The notes below the pieces were generated by a model, which worked only from the letters and a program-made list of their open reading frames with translations, made no database searches and was not told where the DNA came from. Of a DNA stretch of 64,000 nucleotides, positions 12,331 to 23,782 are shown piece by piece (position 1 is the stretch's first letter; the number at the start of each line of letters is the position of its first letter). The stretch covers positions 248,001 to 312,000 of the forward strand of contig NIVC01000284.1 of NCBI GenBank assembly GCA_002269645.1, read 5' to 3'. Both the position numbers and the translations under genes were made by a program. This DNA is from Macrostomum lignano (lineage: Eukaryota).

Positions 12331-13118
12331 CAGGGGTAGGCTAACTCCGTCTCGCGAAGCCTCTCTATCCGGCCCTCGGGTCCTTTGAAACTCCACAATA
12401 GCAATCTGGCACATTCAAGGATTGTCCTCTCAGCTGTCTTCTTTTTTCTTATCTCCTCTCCACTCTAAACTTTCCCTTTCTCCTCTCTCCCTTTGTCCTC
12501 TCTGCCCTCTCGTCTCTCACCTCTCCTCTCTCTTCTATCCTCTCTCCCCTCTCCTCTCTCCCCTCTCCTCTCTCTTTATCCTCTCACCCCTCTCCCCTCT
12601 TGTCTCTCCCCCCTCCTCTCTCCCCTCTCGTCTCTCCCCTCTCCCCTCTCGTCTCTCCTCTCTCCCCTCTCCCCTCTCGTCTCTCCCCTCTCCTCTCTCC
12701 CCTCTCGTCTCTCCTCCCTCCCCCCTCGTCTCTCCCCTCTCCTCTCTCCCCTCTCGTCTCTCCTCTCTCCCCTCTCCTCTCTCCTCTCTCCACTCTCCTC
12801 TCTTCCCTCTTCCCCGCTCCTGTCCTCTCTCCTCTCTCTTCTCTTCCCTCTCGTCTCTTCTCTCTCCCGTCCCCTCTCCTCGCTCCCCTCTATCCCCTCT
12901 CCTCTCTCCACTCTCCACTTCCTCTCTTCCCTATTCTCTCTTCCCCTCCTCTCTCCCCTCTCGTCTCTCCTCTCTCCCCTCTCCTCTCTCCCCTCTCCTC
13001 TCACTCCTCTCTTCTTTTTTTCTTCTCTATTCACTACTTTCTCTCTTCTCTCTCAGTCCCGCAGTTATGCGCTAGGTTCTAAATCTGGCCCTTAAGGTAA
13101 AAAAATTGCCGACCCCTA
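12331..13118. mobile_element. Non-autonomous hAT (Charlie-type) MITE with an internal ~620-bp CT/GA low-complexity tract
   Basis: Ends CAGGGGTAGGCTAAC (12331) and TTGCCGACCCCTA (13106-13118), similar to the CAGGGGTCGGCAA Charlie TIR. Flanks CTCTGGAG and CTCGAGAC each match the NTCTAGAN Charlie target preference with one mismatch. Confidence 0.75.
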
Positions 13119-13744
13119 CTCGAGACCGTCACGGATTGTCGAGAGTATAAATCCCAAGAAACGCAGTCCTTGGCTTCAGCTTTGTTAATATTACATGTCC
13201 TCAGGCCATTGGCGCACTAAATCATAGTTAAAGAAACCCATTAATCAGCCAAAATATAATGTGGAGGAGCCATTGAACATTGTGAAGTCGTGACTAGACA
13301 TCGAAAATCATAATTAATAACCCGGCTACTGGGGTTAGAAGCGGATCAACAGAGGGAAAAAACTTCCTAAGTATTCCCTATATGCCGGGCTCTTATCTGC
13401 GTGTCAATCACTCCTATGAGATGGTGAACTCAGCGAGCTCAGGAAAAAAACCCCGACAGATAACGATTTTGGCCTCTTTGAAAATCTTTTTTTCTGTGTG
13501 TTAAGAAAAAAACTGATTACGTCATTTACTCCGACTAACTGATGAGGCCTCGTTCACATCCTCAGTCTCATTTTTGGACGCGATAAAAAGCGATTTAATC
13601 ACTGTTTGAGCTGGTGATGGTGATGGTGACGTCATCCAAATTCATTCCGTCGAGATCAAGGAAACTGACTGCTTTTTCGATCAAGCAAACAAGCTGATTC
13701 ATTCTTATCTTTCATGGATACCAGTTAAAAGAAACATGAATATG

Positions 13745-14130
13745 ATTGACCCTTCCTCTCCTGTCTGACCCTCTCCTGTCTGACTCTCTCCTGCCTGACC
13801 CTCTCCTGTCTGACCCTCTCCTGTCTGACCCTCTCCTGTCTGACTCTCTCCTGCCTTACCCTCTCCTGCCTTACCCTCTCCTGTCTGACCCTCTCCTGCC
13901 TGACCCTCTCTTGTCTGACCCTCTCCTGTCTTACCCTCTCCTGCCTTACCCTCTCCTGCCTTACCCTCTCCTGCCTTACCCTCTCCTGTCTGACCCTCTC
14001 CTGCCTGACCCTCTCTTGTCTGACCCTCTCCTGCCTTACCCTCTCCTGCCTTACCCTCTCCTGCCTGACCCTCTCCTGTCTGACCCTCTCCTGCCTGACC
14101 CTCTCCTGTCTGACCCTTCCTCTCCTCTCT
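13745..14130. repeat. 15-bp minisatellite (TGACCCTCTCCTGTC)n
   Basis: Period 15 with T/C variants. Confidence 0.96.
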
Positions 14131-14800
14131 GACCCCAATGACCCCAATGACCCCAAAGACCTGACCCCCAGTCTGTCAAAAGCAAGCGCACCATATTGAC
14201 CCACCGCTAGCGCTAGCTTAGCTCATAATCCATCTGTCATATAAAAAGGCAAATGTCTTAAGCCGAATTATTAGCGAGAAATTACGTAGACAAGTCTCCA
14301 CAGCATCAGACAGGGTACTCCAGCAAACGGTGGAGGGTAAAAATTAGTCAGAAATAATGCGCAGTAAAATTATGATTATCATAATCCATCCTCCAAAGCC
14401 CCTATAAAAATTCTGGGATAGACCATAGCAGATTTATTTAACGGACCCCAATAAGGGATTATTGAAGTGGCAAGATTGTAGATAGCTAATGGAAATTACT
14501 GCATTTACTATAGTATATTACCTTGACAAGTGCACGTAAGGTCTTCGCTGGTAGAAATTATCCTAATTAGAATTTATACTCGTAAAAGTAGAAAAAATGG
14601 TCCCTCGGTGGCTGTATAATCCTTTGAATCTCGGGTAGGTTTCAGTTTTGATGCTGTATGCTGTATTACTCTTGGTTTTACATTATAAGAAAGTCTTAGA
14701 AACAAGCGTTGACTGCGTATAAACCCAAACAGTCCGTCCGTATCGTGTGATTAGGAAGCGGAAGCTGGTGAGTCAGCTTTCAAAGACTGCGCTATGAAGC

Positions 14801-15268
14801 GTGGCGCTTCAGAGATGACGCTTCAGGGATGGCGCTTCAGGGATGACGCTTTAGGGATGGCGCTTCATGGATGGCGCTTTATGGATGACGCTTCAGGGAT
14901 GGCGCTTCAGGGATGACGCTTCAGGGATGGCGCTTTAGGGATGTCACTTCAGGGATGGCGCTTCAAAGATGGCGCTTCAGAGATGGCACTTCAGGGATGT
15001 CGCTTCAGGGATGACGCTTCAGGGATGTCGCTTCAGGGATGGCGCTTCAGAAATGGCGCTTCAGGGATGGCGCTTCAGGGATGGCGCTTCAGGGATGGCG
15101 CTTCAGAAATGGCGCTTCAGGGATGGCGCTTCAGGGATGTCCCTTCAGGGACGGCGCTTCAGGGATGGCTCTTCAGGGAGCCCACTTTAGGTATGGTGCT
15201 TCAAGAATGGCGCTTCAGAGAGCGCGAATGGTGCCTCAGGGAGTGCGCTTCAGGGATGGCACTTTAGA
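14801..15268. repeat. 14-bp minisatellite (GGGATGGCGCTTCA)n
   Basis: Period 14, degenerating to the right. Confidence 0.95.
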
Positions 15269-16477
15269 TGGAAAGATCCGTGAAAATGGAAGGATCTGTG
15301 AGTATCCGGGAGGATCTGGGAGGATGGAGGGATCTGGGAAGGATCCCAATGGCTTTATTGTTCTTAAAATCTGTGCATCCTTGACAATGATACACCCTTA
15401 AATGCTAGTGAAAAAAGCACAACGCTTATTAAGAGCCTGAGGTGCATGATGCCCAACACTGCCTAATGTGTTATTGATTTTAATCATAAATTTTGCAGCT
15501 TTTGACCAGGTTTATACAAACGAGAAATTCCCCGTTAAAGTTTGGACACTCATTCAGCTGAGCTCAATGGCAAAGAGCATAATATAAAACCTTAAAACTT
15601 AGAAACTTGAGGTAGAGTTGGAAATGTGATATGGATTAGTTCGGGTTGTGTTTGGTAGCAACCGTGATCAAGACTTGAGAATATATTGAAACCTTACTAA
15701 AATAGTGGTAGGTCAAATTAGACAAAATTGATGAAGCAGCATGCAGACTCGTCAATTGGTTCACGGTTTGTGCTTGTGCGCCTCATAAAAAGTCTTAATT
15801 ATTTCCCAACAAGATCCCCTAGTCACAGCACCCAGCTTAGTTATTCTTTATACTTATGCATTTTTACAACGAAAAGCACAGGGTAGCCTCGCGTGCGGGA
15901 CTTCTTGGGGGTGGATGGGGGTTGCTCTGGTCTTGTCTGGTCTGGTCTGGGAGCATTGGGGAAGTGGCCATTGCGTGCGCGTGTTGTTATGGGCATATAG
16001 GGGGGATTATAAAGAAAGGGAACAGTGGGGAGATGTAATAGAAATGTTGGGACTGGGGGCCAATGCAGGGGGGTTATTTTAGACAACCAAACCAGAAGCA
16101 AAAAAGCCTTATACTGATGGAAGTTGCGGTTTATTGTATGAACATTATTGTATTGTATTGTAGGCCAATATATGTGTTGTGCGTGTCTGTCGGTGCGTGT
16201 TCTTGATCTTGGTTCTAGAAATGGACGCACGGACGATCGAGAAATGCACTAAAATACGGGGATAGGTATAAACAATACCAACAATAGGAAAATTACTTGA
16301 CTTAATGCAATTGACTTTTTCTGGTTAGGAACAGATACATTGTACTGCTTGTAGTTGTAGGTTTTGTGCCTGGATTCCGATTCTTGAAAAAATAACATTT
16401 TTTGATTGACAAAATCATGACTCATCGAGACGGGGAACCAAAATTCTGATCACTCACCTGCTTGATTAGTGACTGTC

Positions 16478-17200
16478 TGACCCCTCTTCTCCTGTGTGAC
16501 TCCTCTTCTCCTGTGTGACCCCTCTCTCTCCTGTGTGACCCCTCTCTCTCCTGTGTGACCCCTCTCTCCTGTGTGACCCCTCTCTATCCTGTGTGACCCC
16601 TCTCTCTCCTGTGTGACCCCTCTCTCTCTCCTGTGTGACCCCTCTCTCCTGTGTGACCCCTCTCTATCCTGTGTGACCCCTCTCTGTCCTGTGTGACCCC
16701 TCTCTATCCTGTGTGACCCCTCTCTGTCCTGTGTGACCCCTCTCTATCCTGTGTGACCCCTCTCTATCCTGTGTGACCCCTCTCTGTCCTGTGTGACTCC
16801 TCTCTATCCTGTGTGACCCCTCTCTGTCCTGTGTGACCCCTCTCTATCCTGTGTGACCCCTCTCTGTCCTGTGTGACCCCTCTCTATCCTGTGTGACCCC
16901 TCTCTATCCTTGTTCCTGTGTGACCCCTCTCTATCCTGTGTGACCCCTCTCTATCCTTGTTCCTGTGTGACCCCTCTCTATCCTGTGTGACCCCTCTCTA
17001 TCCTGTTCCTGTGTGACCCCTCTCTATCCTGTGTGACCCCTCTCTATCCTGTTCCTGTGTGACCCCTCTCTGTCCTGTGTGACCCCTCTCTCCTGTCCTG
17101 TGTGACCCCTCTATATCCACTGTGATCCCTCTATATCCAGTGTGACCCCTCTCTTTATCCTGTGTGACCCCCTCTTATGTATTACTCCCCTTCTGGGTCA
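16478..17200. repeat. ~20-bp minisatellite (CCTGTGTGACCCCTCTCTAT)n
   Basis: Visible tandem units with length variants. Confidence 0.95.
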
Positions 17201-17655
17201 CTCCCCTCTCCAGTGTGAGCCTTAATTTTACTGCCTCCAACTCAACCCCGGGTAATAAAATCCTAAATAAGTTTTTTATCAAACCGACTCAAAAAACAAG
17301 CCAATAATTCATGCTCAAATATAGAACACCAGCTTAGACTTATCTTGCTAAACCAACAAGTCTTTGAGAGAAGAGACATCGGTTAAAAAAGGAGTTCTAA
17401 TCACTAACGAATGCCTCATTAAGGTTGAGTGAGTTTATAATCCCGTGGGAATAGTAAACCGGCACCCAAGGCCTCAGTGTTTAAGCTGCTGATAAGCAAC
17501 CTACAGGACTAGATATGATCTTAATGCGGTCTTAATATTTGTGAACTTCCGACTGGGCAGTTAGCAATATTTCATTTATAGATTTTAGTGGCTTCTTTTA
17601 GAGTCAGATTTGGATAAAGTTTTATGTAGTTCAGGAAACGATTACGCAGGTCCAC

Positions 17656-18165
17656 TGCTTTCAGTTGGTTTCAAAACCCACTGACAATGTCTATGGTAGA
17701 ACTTCACTTTGTGCAATGCTTTCAGTTGGTTTCAAAACCCACTGACAATGTCTATGGTAGAACTTCACTTTGTGCAATGCTTTCAGTTGGTTTCAAAACC
17801 CACTACGAATGTCTATAGTAAAACTTCACTTTTTCCAATGCTTTTAGTTGGTTTCAAAACCCACTGACAATGTCTATGGTAAAACTTCACTTTGTCCAAT
17901 GCTTTCAGTTGGTTTCAAAACCCACTACGAATGTCTATGGTAAAACTTCACTTTTTCCAATGCTTTTAGTTGGTTTCAAAACCCACTACGAATGTCTATG
18001 GTAGAACCTCACTTTCTGAAATGCTTTCAGTTGGATTCAAAACCCACTGAGAATGTCTATGGTAAAACTTCCCTTTGTCCAATGCTTTCAGTTGGTTTTA
18101 CAACTTGCTGAGAATGTCTATGGTACAGCCTCACTTTACTCATTGCATTAAGTTGGTTTCACATT
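17656..18165. repeat. 61-bp tandem repeat, about 8 units
   Basis: TGCTTTCAGTTGGTTTCAAAACCCACTGACAATGTCTATGG... recurs at 17656, 17717 and 17778 (period 61). Confidence 0.95.
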
Positions 18166-18519
18166 TTTTTTGTGAATTTTCTGGCTTTGTGCGTCGGCTC
18201 TTACCGTCGTGTCACCATCTATGCATAATTCTAAGCATAATTAAGATTGCGAAGCTAAATTTCCTGAGGTTAGCCACTCCAGGCAACCGTGACATTAAAA
18301 TCAGACTGAACCCCTGAACTAACGAAATCTATGTAAGGTTTGCATGTTTGCAAAGTTTCATGTTTGCATGTATGAAACTGACGTATAATTAATTTATTGG
18401 CGGAAAATGAGTAGTCAGAATTAATTTAGATCTGAAATAATTTGAATACAAATCGCTTTGCTTCCAGTTTTGACAGAAATGGAAGTGACGAGAATTGATT
18501 ACGGTGAAATTGAAAGAAT

Positions 18520-18915
18520 GGTGAGATAAAGATAAGATATAGACGGGGGGAGATAGTGATAGACGGGGTGAGATAGAGATAGACAGAATGAGATGGAGAT
18601 AGACAGGGTGAGATAGAAACAGACAGGGTGAGATGTAGATAGACAGGATGAGATGGTGATGGAGATAGAAATAGACAGAATGAGATTAATATAGACGGGG
18701 GGAGATGGAGATAGACAGGGTGAGATAGAGATAGACAGGGTGAGATAGAGATAGACAGGGTGAGATAGAGATAGACAGGTTGAGATAGAGATAGACAGGG
18801 TGAGATAGTGATAGACGGGGTGAGATAGAGATAGACAGGATGAGATAGTGATAGACAGGTTGAGATAGAGATAGACTCGGTGAGATAGGCGGTGCTTTAG
18901 ATTAGAGATGGACAG
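18520..18915. repeat. 20-bp minisatellite (GAGATAGAGATAGACAGGGT)n
   Basis: Tandem units ending about 90 bp from the donor at 18997. Confidence 0.92.
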
Positions 18916-18997
18916 AGAGGTACATGAGATCGGTGAGACTGAGAGCACAGTGAGTCATCTCAAGCAAGCAGCAGAATTTTTCGCCTTTCTCACTCAC

Positions 18998-19151
18998 CCA
19001 AATGGCTGCTTCTCAGCAGAGATCTGTCGCTGTCATATCGTCGCCCAGGTGCTGAGGAGTCGCCGTTCTCCATCACAGCCACAGACTGAACGTCGAGGCC
19101 ACATTGAAGTAGCAGCAGGATCAGAAAAATTATTGTCAATCTGCTTTCCAT
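18998..19151 (-). CDS. unc-5: Probable first coding exon (signal peptide) of the UNC-5-like gene
   Basis: ATG at 19151; MESRLTIIFLILLLLQCGLDVQS has a hydrophobic signal-peptide core. Ends G|gtgagt in phase 1, exactly complementing the phase-1 acceptor at 5495 (G+GC = Gly). The link across a 13.5-kb intron is inferred. Confidence 0.7.
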
Positions 19152-19584
19152 TTGGACTTTTATTTCACTCTGAACTACTCCGAGACATGTTCTGTCGCTG
19201 TTGCCTCTTGTCCTTACTCGTGACACGAGCTCGGGAAGATAAATTGCCTAAATTGACCAACCCACCTGCTTGTTATAACAACTATAACTACAAGATTTGC
19301 CTTGTTCATTAAGCCTTAGTAATAGTCGTGCTTTACTGGATCGTAATTGGAGAATATCTTATTGGACATCAGCTGAGAGTCTAAGGGGCTTCTGGTTGGC
19401 TGGTGAGGCCGGTGCCCCTAGTAAATTGAGGAACATTCATTTACACTGCGCCAGCGGAGAGCCGACAAGGACGCTTCAAGTTGGATATCTGGATTAGAAA
19501 CGGAGCTTAAAGATCAGAGAAACTTAGCCAACTATTAAACTAGTACTAGATAATACTTAACAAAACATGGATATGGACACTCTA

Positions 19585-20500
19585 GAAACCACAGACACTT
19601 TACAAACAATGGAAAAGACACTCCAAAAACCATAGACACTTCACAAACCACTGACACTTCACAAACCATAGACACTTCACAAACCATAGAGGCACTTCAC
19701 AAACCATAGACAATACACAAACCATAGAGACACCACAAACCATAGAGGAACTTCACAAACCATAGACAATACACAAACCATAGAGACACCACAAACCATA
19801 GAGGAACTTCACAAACCATAGACACTTCACAAACCATAGAGACACCACAAACCATAGAGACACCACAAACCATAGAGGCACTTCACAAACCATAGACACT
19901 TCACAAACCATAGAGACACCACAAACCATAGAGGCACTTCACAAACCATAGACAATACACAAACCGTAGACACTTCAAAAGCCATAGAGACACTTCACAA
20001 ACCATAGAGACACTTCGCAAATGAGAGACACTTCACAAACCATAGAGAAACTTCACAAATGAGAGACACTTCACAAACCATAGAGACACTTCACAAACCA
20101 TAGAGACACTTCACAAACCACAGCACTTCACAAACCATAGAGATACTTCACAAACCATAGAGACACTTCACAAACCACAGCACCTCACAAGCCATAGAGA
20201 CACTTTACAAACCATAGACACTTCACAAACCATAGAGACACTTCACAAACCACAGTACTTCACAAGCCATAGAGACACTTCACAAACCACTGACACTTCA
20301 CAAACCACTGACACTTCACAAACCAAAGACACTTCACAAGCCATAGAGACACTTCACAAACCACTGACACTTCACAAACCACTGACACTTCACAAACCAT
20401 AGAGACAATTCACAAACCATAGAGACACTTCACAAACCATAGAGAACACTTCACAAACCATAGAGACACTTCACAAACCATAGAGACATTTCACAAACTG
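19585..20500. repeat. 18-20-bp minisatellite (CTTCACAAACCATAGAGACA)n
   Basis: Many variant units; same core as 61795-62625. Confidence 0.95.
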
Positions 20501-21114
20501 GACACAAAACATCTCTGGGTCCATAGTCTCTGAGCAAAACGACTATATTTTTCATTTCTTTCTTGCTTGTCCAATTTTCAATTCTATGCAAAACTCATAT
20601 GCAACATTGCATTTGCTTTATTATTCAAGTCAAGTACTGTATAGTGTAGGAATTCAGTTTTACTGCAGTGAGTTTTATTGCTCGCTGTCTGCCAGCCATT
20701 CTCTCATTTATCATGCAAGCAGGTCTGAAGCCACTCCGCCTCCCTAAGCAAACTTATAATATTGTTCATTTGCTCTCAAGCACTTGTTGAATTTACTTGT
20801 CTTGTATATGCACTGCACTATGGGGTTTATTATTTTCTTCTGCAGAATATTAAACATCAATGCCACTCCATTAGAAGCGCTGAACAAGCTTGGAATCTTC
20901 AACTTGAGCTCTTTGCTTATACAAATCTGTGTGTTTCTGCTTAAGCAACGAGCAATGCTCTTGTTCTTAGAGAAGTTTTCCTATAACAATTTTACTTGTC
21001 TCTGTATGTCTGTAGTTTTCGACTGTTTGTTTCAATATTTTTTGCGTGTCAAACTGGGCTTTTAGACAGGTTAAATTGTGCTACTCATCTCTGCCTCAAT
21101 TTCCTGTCCCCCGC

Positions 21115-21600
21115 CACTACCCTCTCCCTGTCACCCTCCATTCCCGCTTCCTGTCACCCTCGGCTACCCTCTCCCTGTCACCCTCCATTCCCGCTTCCTG
21201 TCACCCTCGGCTACCCTCTCCCTGTCACCCTCCATTCCCCTCTCCCTGTCACCCTCCATTCCCCTCTCCCTGTCACCCTCCATTCCCCTCTCCCTTTCAC
21301 CCTCCATTCCCCTCTCCCTTTCACCCTCTATTCCCTCTTCCTGTCACCCTCCATTCCCCTCTCCCTGTCACCCTCCATTCTCCTCTCCCTGTCACCCTCC
21401 ATTCTCCTCTCCCTGTCACCCTTCATTCTCCTCTCCCTGTCCCCCTCCATTCCCCTCTCCCTGTCACCCTCCATACCCTCTTCCTGTCACCCTCCATTCC
21501 CCTCTTCCTGTCACCCTCCATTCTCCTCTCCCTGTCACCCTCCATTCCCCTCTTCCTGTCACCCTCCATTCCTCTTTCCCTGTCACCCTCGACTACCCTA
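21115..21600. repeat. ~24-bp pyrimidine-rich minisatellite (CTGTCACCCTCCATTCCCCTCTCC)n
   Basis: Tandem units visible. Confidence 0.93.
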
Positions 21601-22032
21601 TCTCCTTTATCATCTAATAGAGTTCATTAAATTGTAACCTCCAAGCATTTCTTCAGCTTTTAACAACGCCTCGGCATTTCAGTTTTTCAATTTTTTCCAT
21701 AGCATAAATTTGTATCAAAATTTGAAATTGAATTTGCCTTTATTTCGGGCTTTCTAAGGCCAGGAAAGCAGCAAAACAACAACAAGTGCGAAACTTTGTA
21801 GCGAATAGAAATTGAAAGCAACAGCTTTTATAATTTCCTTGGGTAGGTGGGAAAGAGCAGGCGTGTTGCTCAGTGCAGGTGTAACCCCAGAATTAAAGGC
21901 CTCAGAAGTGTCCGAACGCACAGATTTAGGCTCGTAATAGCGGAACTGTTAATTGAAAATTGAGTCAACGTTCTGCAAATAATTTCCGGCGAGAAAGAAA
22001 TAAATTTTTATGAACGGTTGTGTGCTCGTGGC

Positions 22033-22136
22033 TTTTACTGCCATGCAGCTTTGCCATGCAGACTGAAATTAACTTGTCTGGGCTGGTTTTCTTGTGTCCG
22101 CATGCTTGTGTCCGTCCGTCTGTCCGTCAGTCTGTG

Positions 22137-22179
<43 letters not shown>

Positions 22180-22400
22180 GTGTCTGTCTGTCTGTCTGTC
22201 TTAGTGTCTGCCTGCCTGTCTGCCTGCCTGCCTGTCTGTCTGTCTGTCTGTGTGTCTGTCTGTCTGTCTGTCTTAGTGTCTGCCTGCCTGCCTGCCTGTC
22301 TGTCTGTCTGTCTGTCTTAGTGTCTGCCTGCCTGCCTGCCTGTCTGTCTGTCTGTGTGTCTGTCTGTCTGTCTGTCTTAGTGTCTGCCTGCCTGCCTGCC

Positions 22401-22453
<53 letters not shown>

Positions 22454-22660
22454 GCGCACCCGCCAAAATGAGCGTAAAGAATCAACACTAACAAATCCAA
22501 TTTCTAGAATAACAGAGAAATTTACGTTTAGTGCTATTGGTTTTGCTTTCCCCCCCCCCATAAAATCCATGCCGGCGCCCTGCCTGAAGAATGCAGAATC
22601 GGATCGCTTAACCGTAAAAGGCCAATTTATGGCCCGCAGTCGCAAGCAAATCGATTAATG
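22033..22660 (+). mobile_element. (CTGT/CTGC)n microsatellite at 22120-22453, possibly inside a Helentron-associated (HINE/DINE-like) non-autonomous element
   Basis: Starts TTTTACTGCCATGCAGCTTTGCCATGCAG, then TGTCCGTCCGTCTGTC and the microsatellite, an architecture typical of HINEs. Element ends not defined. Confidence 0.35.
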
Positions 22661-22877
22661 GCCAAGAAATCACAGCCAAGTCTTATCGCCAGACAGCCAT
22701 TAGCTGGCGCTGCTATTTTAACTCAAACAAATCTGTAGATATGCAGCGGTCGATAATTGCCAGTCGTCAATTATTTGCAGAGATTCAAATCTTCTTTTGA
22801 TTCTTCTTCTTCTATGAAGAGAAGAGGTGTCTTTTTCTTGAATTCCATGAATCGTGCAAATATCTGCCTGATGCCTG

Positions 22878-23237
22878 ATCTCCCTCTCTCTCTCTCCCTC
22901 TCAATCTCCCTCTCCCTCTCCCTCTCCCTCTCCCTTTTCACCTTGCCCTGACGAAGAAATATAATAATTTCGAAATATCGGCAACTATAGCAGTTCAATT
23001 CTTTTGCTCCTGGTATTTTTACCGTGTCAGTGCCCAGGATTGAAGGCTCTCCTCTCTCTCTCCCTCTCTCCCTCTCTCCCTCTCCCTCTCCATCTCCCTC
23101 TCCCTCTCCCTCTCCCTCTCCCTCTCCCTCTCCCTCTCCCTCTCCCTCTCCCTCTCCCTTTCCATCTCCCTCTCCCTCTCAACCTCCCTCCCAATCTCCG
23201 TCTCCCTCTCTATCTTCATCTCTTCTCCATCTCCCTA

Positions 23238-23289
<52 letters not shown>

Positions 23290-23468
23290 TCCCTCTCCCT
23301 CTCCCTCTCCCACTCCCTCTCCGTCTCCCTCTCCATCTCCCTCTCTCTCTCTCCCTCTCCCTCTCCCTCTCCCTCTCCCTCTCCCTCTCCCTCTCCCTCT
23401 CCCTCTCTCTCTCCCTTTCCATCTCCCTCTCCCTCTCAACCTCCCTCCCCATCTCCATCTCCCCGCCC

Positions 23469-23521
<53 letters not shown>

Positions 23522-23752
23522 TCCCTCTCCCTCTCCCACTCCCTCTCCGTCTCCCTCTCCATCTCCCTCTCTTTCTCTCCCTCTCCCTCTCCCTCTCCCT
23601 CTCCCTCTCCCTCTCCCTCTCTCTCTCCCTTTCCATCTCCCTCTCCCTCTCAACCTCCCTCCCCATCTCCATCTCCCTCTCTCTCTTCTCTCTCTCTCTC
23701 TCTCTCTCTCTCCCTCTCCCTCTCTCTCACTCCACCTCCCCTCTCTCTCACT
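22878..23752. repeat. CT-rich low-complexity tract, (CT)n and (CTCTCC)n, with a block repeated about 3 times; interrupted by a unique segment at about 22940-23045
   Basis: Direct reading; CCCTTTCCATCTCCCTCTCCCTCTCAACCTCCCTCCC recurs near 23155, 23415 and 23625. Confidence 0.95.
22943..22984 (+). ncRNA. Minimal type I hammerhead ribozyme motif (Penelope-like/retrozyme type)
   Basis: TTGCC (22943-47), CTGACGA core, extra A, stem II GAAAT/ATTTC around an ATAATA loop, GAAA, T, ATC, then GGCAA (22980-84), which pairs with TTGCC as stem I. Confidence 0.75.
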
Positions 23753-23782
23753 CTGTGTTTGCCAGTCGGTCTGTCTCATGTA

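Noticed and set aside
16458-16472. Possible 15-nt phase 1-1 microexon (CAG|gtgagt donor at 16457) in UNC-5 intron 1
   Set aside because: Good donor, but the acceptor side is a purine-rich repeat with no pyrimidine tract; unsupported without RNA data.
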